The position numbers and the translations under genes were made by a program. A stretch of DNA of 38,637 nucleotides, from positions 337,301-375,937 of the IMG/VR virus record IMGVR_UViG_3300026302_000005; one strand, given 5' to 3'. This DNA is from a virus (taxonomy: Duplodnaviria > Heunggongvirae > Uroviricota > Caudoviricetes). The notes beneath the pieces are model-generated. The model was not told the origin of the DNA, searched no databases, and worked only from the letters and a program-made list of their open reading frames with translations. Within the stretch, counting starts at the first letter, position 1. The number at the start of each line of letters is the position of its first letter. Shown in pieces: positions 26,134 through 34,334 of this stretch.

Positions 26134-28037
26134 GATTTTTGGAGTTCATCAAAACACCGAGCACTACAACAACGGTGAAGCTGGTGGAATCTGATCGCAT
26201 TCGCGTTGGCATGTCCAGCTACGATGTGGACTACAACGATCATGGCGGTCGTATCACCATGGACGTCACCCAACAGGGCATGACGGTGGCCGAGCTTGTC
26301 TATGAGGGTGATGAGATCGTATGGATACACGTAGAGCCGTGGTTCCGCAAGCAGGGGCTGGCACAGGCCATGCTTGATTATCTACGGGGTCGCGGGCTCA
26401 AGGTTCAAATGCCGGATGCAAGGACACAGGATGGCAAAGGCTTCTTCTCTGCCATGTCTCAGCGTGGCAAACTGGATGAGATCGAAGACATCGGCACCCT
26501 GGATGACACCGACAATGCCCATGAAGCATCCACGATGGTTGTCCCACCCGGATCAAAGCCACTGACAACATTTACGGTTGGATCAATGCAGGTGGTGTTG
26601 CACCTGACGGTATCCCGGGAGTTCGCATTTACGGTCAACGATAAAGTCGAAGGCTTTGCCAGCTACAGCACCGGGACCAAGGATCAGATCGGTAAGTGGA
26701 TCGAAGTCGGTCATATCTGGTTGAGCCCGATGATCCGTCACAAAGGATTGGGAAAGCAGTTCTACAAGTTCTTGTTGGATCAGCAGAACTATGCGATCAT
26801 CAGCGATGACTACCAGTCCGAGGCTGCACAGACCGTGTGGATGCGGCTGGTGGATGAATACGAAGCCGCAATCCTTCACGATGGGGTATACGTCGAGCCG
26901 TTGACCAGGTTCGAGCAATTCGACAGTGCCTACTACACCACTGACGGTGAAGGCAACGAACTGGACTATTCCATCACGATTGCCGTATTCCCACGCAAGC
27001 GGACCACGCCGCTACAAGAATCGCTCACCGAGGATGATGGGGAATTCGATTGGTCCAAACCCACCACGTTGTATCGCGGTGTGGTCGATCCTGCACATGC
27101 TGAGAAACCATTCTCCGGCACCCGACTGGGTGTCCCGACGTTTACCGACAACTGGCACATAGCGGATGTCTATGCCACCAGTCCGAATAATCGTGCCGAC
27201 GCAGGGAAGTCCGATCAGGTCTATGCGTATCGGCTGAACATCCAGAAACCGATCCATCTGAATGAGGGTCGAGAGGATGTGACCGAGGCCAACAACATCC
27301 TACCAAAGCTTGGTATCACCAATGTTGATCAGGCATGGGCCGCGTTCCGGAAACTCTACGCAGCTATGGAACAGGCCAGGGAAAACACCTGGAGATGCAA
27401 TGGTGAAACCTTCCTGACAGACGAAACCCCACCATATCGGATCGAGGGAATCGACAATGGAAAGGGATTTGCATTCCCGGATCGTGAATACACCAACCTG
27501 AAAGAGATATTCTACGAGCACTGGCAGCACAATTGGCCTGGACTGTATTGCACCAGTTTCAACCTGGCCAATTCCACCACGTTCCAACAGATGTGCCGGG
27601 ATGCCGGGTTCGACGGGATTGTCATGTATGGTTACAATCAGGGGCCGGATTACGAGGATGACGATGACATCTTCACTGGAACCAGCTATGACGGAACCAC
27701 CGTCATGGAGTGGAGAGCTTTGTATCCGGAGCAGATTGAATTCCTGGGACCGGCTGGTGATCCACGGTCACAGTCGATGACGGAATCTCCAAGCCTGACC
27801 AAAGCAGTTCCATTCAAGGTTAATTCCGTCAACGATAAAGAAGTTGAGTATGTGTTCATTCAAGCTGGGACCGAGTATCTGGTCCAATTCTCACGACATT
27901 TTAACAATGGCGATGCGGTAAGCGAATTCATAACGTTCGATGCGGGTAAACAGACACCAACTGACAATTGGTCAGTCGGGATGACACAATCCGATTGGGG
28001 GGGCAGAACCCTCCAATACCTATCGCGATGCACTTGA
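26130..28037 (+). CDS. polyprotein part 1: GNAT + GNAT + ART-like + start of repeated domain
   Basis: VEPWFRKQGLA and LSPMIRHKGLG (acetyl-CoA motif A); TLYRG..PTFTD...A..YA..GFDGIV. Starts MRFLEFI. Confidence 0.75.
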   Translation: MRFLEFIKTPSTTTTVKLVESDRIRVGMSSYDVDYNDHGGRITMDVTQQGMTVAELVYEGDEIVWIHVEPWFRKQGLAQAMLDYLRGRGLKVQMPDARTQDGKGFFSAMSQRGKLDEIEDIGTLDDTDNAHEASTMVVPPGSKPLTTFTVGSMQVVLHLTVSREFAFTVNDKVEGFASYSTGTKDQIGKWIEVGHIWLSPMIRHKGLGKQFYKFLLDQQNYAIISDDYQSEAAQTVWMRLVDEYEAAILHDGVYVEPLTRFEQFDSAYYTTDGEGNELDYSITIAVFPRKRTTPLQESLTEDDGEFDWSKPTTLYRGVVDPAHAEKPFSGTRLGVPTFTDNWHIADVYATSPNNRADAGKSDQVYAYRLNIQKPIHLNEGREDVTEANNILPKLGITNVDQAWAAFRKLYAAMEQARENTWRCNGETFLTDETPPYRIEGIDNGKGFAFPDREYTNLKEIFYEHWQHNWPGLYCTSFNLANSTTFQQMCRDAGFDGIVMYGYNQGPDYEDDDDIFTGTSYDGTTVMEWRALYPEQIEFLGPAGDPRSQSMTESPSLTKAVPFKVNSVNDKEVEYVFIQAGTEYLVQFSRHFNNGDAVSEFITFDAGKQTPTDNWSVGMTQSDWGGRTLQYLSRCT

Positions 28038-28038
28038 G

Positions 28039-30543
28039 GTGTTTTCCACCACCTTAGCGGTGATGTCTGATTTTGTGGACAGATTTAAGCCAGATCGTAT
28101 GGACCTACAAACGGCAGGAGTAAGAGCGACCCTCTATAAGAAACTCCTACCTGGATTTGCCAAACAAAACGGTCTTCAATTCCGTATCAATCGCGACGAG
28201 GATTCCTATGTTTCAATAAGCCTGATAAATCCAAAGGCGTCCGTGACCGAAGCCTTGACCAGTTCTCTTCCGTTCCAGAAGCGGGCAGGTGATGTATTGG
28301 TGAACTACGACTTCGAATACCAGGGCCAGGAATTCCGGGTTGGGTTCAAGCGCACGTATGATGCATGGAACGTCGTGTTCGTGAACAAGAACCAGGACGT
28401 CCCGTTCGAACCCACCGGTCTGGGTGGTGGCATACCGGTGTTGTCCACTGTGATGGCAATCGTCAAGGATTTCGCACAGACCACACCGACAGCAACGGCA
28501 ATCCGGTTCTCCGGGGAAAACCATAACGGGCTGGCCGATCTCTATCGACAGATCGTCCGAACCATGTCCAAACGACTGGGCCTGCGGTATGAAGAAGACC
28601 GGCTGCGTGGTCAGACCCAATTCCTGGTTCATCTACGTAAGACGGTGACCGAGGCATTCGATACGACTCCTGCACAGTTCACGCTTTACAGCATGGAGCC
28701 ATCAGAGGCGTTCTACTACTTCACCGCCAATGATATGGAGTTCGAGGTTGAGTTCTCGTTCGAAGACCGTGATGATAGCGGTATGAGACTGTCACAACCG
28801 TATTGGAAAATCCTGTATGGTCCGTCGGATCGTGGCGAATCCAAATGGGGCCCGACCGGTGCTGGTGGTGCTGGTGAAATCCTGTCCACGGTGATTGCCA
28901 TCATCCAAGACTTCATCAAGCGTAAGCCCAAGATTCAGGTCTTCCAGTTCACTGCCAGCGGCGGATCGCACGTCCGTTTGTATTCCACCATGGTGCCGTA
29001 TCTGGCTAACCGACTGAACTTCGACTACACCAAGCGTGAAAGCGAGTATGGTGGCTATGAATGGTTGGTCTATCCCCATGTTCCGTTGCACGAGACTGTG
29101 CAATACTCCGATGCCATGTTGGAGCAGTTGTTCGCTGCCATCTATCGAGACCGCACGTTTGCTCGTGAGACCTCGACCCCAATTGACGAATTTGCTCAGA
29201 GGTTGGAAGACGAGTATATCGATTATGTTCCCCCAATGGTGTGGTGGGAGCCTGGGCATCCAGATATCACCAGCACTCCAGAGTGGTGGGACGGCTTCAA
29301 GGTGTGGTTGGAGAAGCGGTATCGATATGTGGTTCGGAACATCCAGGCCGAGATCGGTGGGTATCCGGCACAAGTGATGCGAGAGATGAACGTAACGGCC
29401 CGGTGGAACCCGGCCAAACATGGTCTGGGTCTGTATTGGGCCACCCCAGGTGCGGACATCCATGCCTTTTCCGGCAAAGAGGGCCCGGAGTATCAGACTG
29501 TCCACCTGACAGCAGAAATCCAAGAGTCCGACATCAACTGGTTCGATACCATTCGCTCACGCCTGGACTTCTTCAACGGGGACGAAGAGCAGGAAATTCA
29601 ACTCAAGCCTGGTGCGATGATCAAGCTGTTGGAGATCGATGACACCCTGTATACGCATGGCTCCCAGGGCTTCCGACTGAACGTGCAGCCCGGTGTGTAT
29701 CCGTCCAGCACAAATACAACCGCATATGAATCGCTCAGTTCTGTTCAGACCCATACCCCAAAGCAGATCGCGATCAAACATGGTGTGGACGTCTCGGTGA
29801 TCTCCAAACAACTGACCAAAGGCATCGCGGTCGAGCACGAGCACACCACCAGCCCATCAGAGGCTCGCCAGATCGCCCTGGATCACCTTTGGGAGCTTCC
29901 AGACTACTATGACCGCCTGGGCAGCATGGAGCGTCAGGCGGGCCTCACAGAGGGCCCTGCGGTGCCTCTACGGGTTACCCCTACGATGGTTAGGAGAGCC
30001 GCTGACAACAAATGCCAGATCATCGTGGAGATACCGATCCAACAGTTCCTGAATATGACCACCTGGGATCAGGAAAGCCGCGACATCATCATGAAGAAAT
30101 CCCACTCGGTCATCGACTATAACCGATGGGCCAAGATGGGTGATAACTCAGATACGGCAAAGCGGTTCAACGCTATGTGGCAGAGACGGCATGAAGAGGA
30201 AACCGATGACCCCTATGAGCGGGTCTACGGGAACGATCTGATGCCATGGTTGACCATCTATCTGGACGATGATGGCAGTATGGGTCGCATCATGGGCCAC
30301 GAGGGACGCCACCGGGGTTCTGCTGCAATGCGGGCTGGTGCCAAGACCATGCAGGTTGCCCTTCGCATCCATGCTGGCAAGAACATGTTCCCGGATCAAT
30401 ACAGTCCGGACTACTTCATCACACAAGAACATCTACCCAAATACGTCATAGGTCAGTTTGACAAGGACGTGTATCCGACCGGTGGTTGGAAAATCCTTGA
30501 AGGTGATCTCCAGAAGAGAACACGAGAGAGGTTTTCGAAATGA
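28039..30543 (+). CDS. polyprotein part 2: repeated unknown domain, ART-like (EQE), DUF5661, ParB/Srx-like module
   Basis: TG.GG...LSTV..I..DF repeats; GLYW...EEQEIQL; KGIAVEHEHT..A..IALDHLWE.PDYY..L; GHEGRHR. No clear RBS before the GTG; probably continuous with the upstream ORF. Confidence 0.72.
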   Translation: MFSTTLAVMSDFVDRFKPDRMDLQTAGVRATLYKKLLPGFAKQNGLQFRINRDEDSYVSISLINPKASVTEALTSSLPFQKRAGDVLVNYDFEYQGQEFRVGFKRTYDAWNVVFVNKNQDVPFEPTGLGGGIPVLSTVMAIVKDFAQTTPTATAIRFSGENHNGLADLYRQIVRTMSKRLGLRYEEDRLRGQTQFLVHLRKTVTEAFDTTPAQFTLYSMEPSEAFYYFTANDMEFEVEFSFEDRDDSGMRLSQPYWKILYGPSDRGESKWGPTGAGGAGEILSTVIAIIQDFIKRKPKIQVFQFTASGGSHVRLYSTMVPYLANRLNFDYTKRESEYGGYEWLVYPHVPLHETVQYSDAMLEQLFAAIYRDRTFARETSTPIDEFAQRLEDEYIDYVPPMVWWEPGHPDITSTPEWWDGFKVWLEKRYRYVVRNIQAEIGGYPAQVMREMNVTARWNPAKHGLGLYWATPGADIHAFSGKEGPEYQTVHLTAEIQESDINWFDTIRSRLDFFNGDEEQEIQLKPGAMIKLLEIDDTLYTHGSQGFRLNVQPGVYPSSTNTTAYESLSSVQTHTPKQIAIKHGVDVSVISKQLTKGIAVEHEHTTSPSEARQIALDHLWELPDYYDRLGSMERQAGLTEGPAVPLRVTPTMVRRAADNKCQIIVEIPIQQFLNMTTWDQESRDIIMKKSHSVIDYNRWAKMGDNSDTAKRFNAMWQRRHEEETDDPYERVYGNDLMPWLTIYLDDDGSMGRIMGHEGRHRGSAAMRAGAKTMQVALRIHAGKNMFPDQYSPDYFITQEHLPKYVIGQFDKDVYPTGGWKILEGDLQKRTRERFSK

Positions 30544-31160
30544 CCAAGATGATCGATTTTATCGCTGGAAAGCTGACTCCCCTCACCGAGGATATCTTTA
30601 GTCTGGATGGTGATATGGGACCAATCAAAGTGTCTGCATCGCCGGTGCAGCAGCACGAGGTCAAAAAGATGATCGCTCGGGGCAAGGGTTTACGGATTCT
30701 GGTTGGTTCCGGGAAATTCAGGGATATGCTGGTCGTATGGGTTGGTGATTCGGAATCCGATGTCGGGGCAATCCATGAGACGGTTGCAGAACAGTTCGGT
30801 ATGTCCATGATTGATCGCCATGTCCCGCTGGAACTGACCGTGAGTGGACAGATGCGGCTCACCACAACTGCGGTAGGTATCTTCGACACTCCGCGTGAGG
30901 TAGAGGACGTATTGGATCGAAACAAGGAATATCGGGCGATCTTTGGGTCCTACCGTGTCAACTATCGCAACCTACATGAATCCGACGTGTTCCAGCCCGA
31001 GCCGATTTCGGTCGGGGACGAAGTTTTGGCCGGAAAGTTCAAGAACAGCAAACGAGTCGTCAAGGGGTTCAAAACCGACAAACACGGCCAACCGGTATTG
31101 AAAACCGACAAGGGTGATACCCAACTGTTCAAACCACGAATCGCGAAGTTAGACAAATGA
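30540..31160 (+). CDS. two-module hypothetical protein
   Basis: LTE and LHE boundaries; C-terminal basic module ISVGDEVLAGKFKNSKRVVKG..TDKHGQP. Confidence 0.7.
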   Translation: MTKMIDFIAGKLTPLTEDIFSLDGDMGPIKVSASPVQQHEVKKMIARGKGLRILVGSGKFRDMLVVWVGDSESDVGAIHETVAEQFGMSMIDRHVPLELTVSGQMRLTTTAVGIFDTPREVEDVLDRNKEYRAIFGSYRVNYRNLHESDVFQPEPISVGDEVLAGKFKNSKRVVKGFKTDKHGQPVLKTDKGDTQLFKPRIAKLDK

Positions 31161-31705
31161 GACTCCAAGATATCACCGAAGGGCGGGATGCCCCACTCTA
31201 CCATGGCACCAAGATGGTAAGCTTGCTGAGCATCCTATACCATGATAGCCTTGATAAAGGTATGTATTGGAATCGTCCCGGCGAACCAGATGGTCCCAGG
31301 CTGTCTAGAGCTTTTGTAACGGCCTGGTCATTTTCGGAAGATGATGGGGAAGGTCGTGATGGGGCGGTCTTAGAATTAAATCAAACACTTCTAGCACAAC
31401 GGTATCGCATAGTTCCGTATGCAGATGTAGATGGACAGGGTGAAAATTGGTCAAATGAGTCCGAAGAGGTCGTCGTAACCAAGGCAATTGCACCACTATC
31501 GAAGTATCTGACTGGTATCTATATCCCACATGCAGCCATCCAGGCGATTCTAACTGATCCCGAGCAGATGGAGTGGTGGGCCGAAGTGGAACTTGCCGCT
31601 ATGTATCCCACTGCCGATCACATCGAACAGGCATTGCTGAATTTGTCTAGACACCCCCTACGAAAGGACATGGACAACTTCATGTCTCATACCGGACCAA
31701 GGTAA
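31157..31705 (+). CDS. ADP-ribosyltransferase-like protein
   Basis: PLYHGT...LSR.F..A..F...AVLEL....NESEEVV. Starts MRLQDITE. Confidence 0.55.
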   Translation: MRLQDITEGRDAPLYHGTKMVSLLSILYHDSLDKGMYWNRPGEPDGPRLSRAFVTAWSFSEDDGEGRDGAVLELNQTLLAQRYRIVPYADVDGQGENWSNESEEVVVTKAIAPLSKYLTGIYIPHAAIQAILTDPEQMEWWAEVELAAMYPTADHIEQALLNLSRHPLRKDMDNFMSHTGPR

Positions 31706-31713
31706 ATACCGGT

Positions 31714-34020
31714 ATGAGATTCCTTGAATTCAACACGTTCGTTTCCACAGGCCGGTTCTTGACCGAACGGGATGTCATGAACGCTCCTGCAATCAAGCAG
31801 TGGGCGTTGCAAGCGGCACAGCGTGTTCAAAACCCCACGGCCCGGGCCTGGTTCCAATCCCAGGTCTACGATCACCTGATCAATCAGACCACCGATAGTT
31901 CCATGGTTCAGCGGGTTCGGGATTTGCCCCCGGAGGCTCCGGAATGGCTGGTTCAGAAGATGGATATGGGATCACCGGTCTTTACGGTCACCCCATCCAA
32001 TGCATTCAATCTGGAGATGCAAACGGTCGCGGATTGGGTCAATGCATGGATCGAGGAAAACCCAGGTGCCCGCATCCCTCATACATGGGCCCAGGCCGTC
32101 AGAGCATCGGATGAGTGGCACAAGGACCTGGCTAAGGGCGCGACCTATGGCGAAGAAGACCCTAACGATGATGGACTAAGCACCCTCATGGAGTTTCCCG
32201 ATGGTTTCAAATGGGTCATCGTATCCTCAGCCACATGCTTGAAGCGTGAGGGTGGTCGCATGGGTCACTGCGTGGGTGGATACCACCAGGATGTTGCCAG
32301 TGGCAACACCGTCATCCTTTCGCTACGGAGCCCCAGGAATACCCCACACTGCACGATTGAAGTGAACGAACCAGATCAGGTATGGTGGAACACCATGGCC
32401 AAACTGTCCCGTCTGATTGCGGCAGACAAACAGCGATCCGTGGATAACCCGAATCAACCAGAACTCGATTTTGGTATGACCACCCAGGTGCCAAAAACCC
32501 AACACGCCGGTGTGATCAATCAGATCAAAGGCAAACAGAACAAACCCCCGGTTCCGAAGTATGTGCCCTACGTTAAGGCACTGATGGATGCCTATACGTT
32601 TACCATGTCCAGCTATGGTCAGTCGGACTTGGAGAATGTGGGATACTACTTCCGTGAAGGGAAAATTCTTACACTGAAAGAGGTTGCCAAGCCATATCGG
32701 AAATATCCGTCGGGCAACGCCTGGGTGTTTGTGGAACAGACCTCAGAGTTCATCAGCCTAAAACTGGTCAACAAGTCATGGCAGCAACAGGTCAGCATCG
32801 GAGCCCACCCCACACGGGACAACCAGTTGAACAGCAGCTTCACGATCAATACCGATAGTCCCTTGCAGTTCCGACCGGAAGTGCTCGACCTGGTATCGAC
32901 CTGGAAGGGAACCATCAATCCCGGCATGGCAAAAAGTCTGTCCGATTTCGACATCTATATGAGCTACCCCACGGGTGGCCATCTACATTCGAACGAAGAG
33001 ATGCCGGAGACCGGATACAAATTCGGAACACCAGATGAGGTCTCTGATATCAAACTGGTTCTATCCGATATCGAACCGGTCATCACGATCTATCAACTTG
33101 TGAACTTCATCAACGACCGGAACTACCCGGCGATAGACTTGATGATGTTCGATGACAAGAACCGGTTTACTGGTGTAGCACCGGTTCACACTGGCAAGGA
33201 CGGTAATAAGGTTCTGGGGACGCTCAGTCTGAAACGCGACACCTACACCAGATTGCCTGAATTGATGATGGCCATCTCTAAGAAGATCGGCATTGGCATT
33301 CAGAACTCCGATCTACTCGGTATTCAACCGGATGGCTCAGTGCGTGACAAGGCATCGTATGGCGAGGAGGTCATGGATAGCCAGAACGGCGACTATGTGT
33401 TCTTCGAAGCTTCGGAGGAAGACGAGGGTTATCCAACCCTATGGGTGTTCGATCAGATTTCCGAAAATATCCCGATTGCGTGTATCGAGTTCCTGGATAG
33501 CTATCGAAATCTCAAGAAGGCCAAAATCAGATCGGCCATCTATACGACCGATAGTTGGTCGGATGGGGGCATTCTCGGATATCTCCTGTTGTGCATACAA
33601 GAGTCTGGGCAATATGACGTCACCATGAGTGAAAGTGAACTGTCCGATTACGGATGGGTCGAGTATGAAGGCTCCTATTACTACTCCGGTGGAGCCGACA
33701 ACATTCGGATCGAAGAGACTACCACAGAGACGGATTCGGAAGGTAACGATAACGTCACTGGGCCCAACGATATCCTGATGTATCAGATTGATGAAATCGC
33801 CGGTGGTTCTGAATTTGAATCCTACGGTCAGACCTACGCGGCTATCCTGGCCAACGGTCGATACCGGTATACCGATGAATCGTATGATGAAGATGAGAAT
33901 GAGGTCGGGACCGAATACTACTGGGAACTGTCTAACGGACAGCAATCAGAGGTAGGATGGTTGGAGTTTTTCGGTTACGACCATCAAATGGTCAGAAAAC
34001 TTCAACGTGGCAGCGACTAA
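31714..34020 (+). CDS. PcfJ-like domain protein, putative head-packaged protein
   Basis: REGGRMGHCVGGY, LSLRSPRNTPHCTIEV and NQIKGKQNKPP..KYVPYV. Starts MRFLEF...FLTE. Confidence 0.75.
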   Translation: MRFLEFNTFVSTGRFLTERDVMNAPAIKQWALQAAQRVQNPTARAWFQSQVYDHLINQTTDSSMVQRVRDLPPEAPEWLVQKMDMGSPVFTVTPSNAFNLEMQTVADWVNAWIEENPGARIPHTWAQAVRASDEWHKDLAKGATYGEEDPNDDGLSTLMEFPDGFKWVIVSSATCLKREGGRMGHCVGGYHQDVASGNTVILSLRSPRNTPHCTIEVNEPDQVWWNTMAKLSRLIAADKQRSVDNPNQPELDFGMTTQVPKTQHAGVINQIKGKQNKPPVPKYVPYVKALMDAYTFTMSSYGQSDLENVGYYFREGKILTLKEVAKPYRKYPSGNAWVFVEQTSEFISLKLVNKSWQQQVSIGAHPTRDNQLNSSFTINTDSPLQFRPEVLDLVSTWKGTINPGMAKSLSDFDIYMSYPTGGHLHSNEEMPETGYKFGTPDEVSDIKLVLSDIEPVITIYQLVNFINDRNYPAIDLMMFDDKNRFTGVAPVHTGKDGNKVLGTLSLKRDTYTRLPELMMAISKKIGIGIQNSDLLGIQPDGSVRDKASYGEEVMDSQNGDYVFFEASEEDEGYPTLWVFDQISENIPIACIEFLDSYRNLKKAKIRSAIYTTDSWSDGGILGYLLLCIQESGQYDVTMSESELSDYGWVEYEGSYYYSGGADNIRIEETTTETDSEGNDNVTGPNDILMYQIDEIAGGSEFESYGQTYAAILANGRYRYTDESYDEDENEVGTEYYWELSNGQQSEVGWLEFFGYDHQMVRKLQRGSD

Positions 34021-34304
34021 TTGACGTTTACCGATCCGGAGCCGTTGATTCGGCTATGACCGCAGGTATCGGCGTTGCCTTCGAAGTTCACTGGGATACC
34101 GTTGATCAACACGTTGCCTGATCCATTGGCGGTGGTCCAGTTACCAGAGCAATGGATGGCCGGAATCGGGCATGGTGGATGACCAGTTCCGATGGACCCG
34201 TCTACCGACATGAGGATGCCATTTGCGAAAACGGTGCCTTGTGGAATGGAGTTGATGGCTCCACCGGCATCGTTGACATCACCAAGACGTTGAGCTTTTC
34301 CCAT
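34017..34304 (-). CDS. PAAR-repeat spike-tip protein (T4 gp5.4-like)
   Basis: AQRLGD, TVFANG, GH.PCP..H, GS.NVLINGIP, D.CGH and GS..V.V. TAAATA at 34321-34326. Confidence 0.9.
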   Translation of the reverse strand: MGKAQRLGDVNDAGGAINSIPQGTVFANGILMSVDGSIGTGHPPCPIPAIHCSGNWTTANGSGNVLINGIPVNFEGNADTCGHSRINGSGSVNVN

Positions 34305-34334
34305 GGTTGATCCCCCGACGTATTTATCGGAGGA

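Noticed and set aside
28035-28037. TGA read-through or stop-codon reassignment joining the two polyprotein ORFs
   Set aside because: The downstream ORF is in a different frame, and genes across the window end normally at TAA, TAG and TGA, so there is no sign of recoding.
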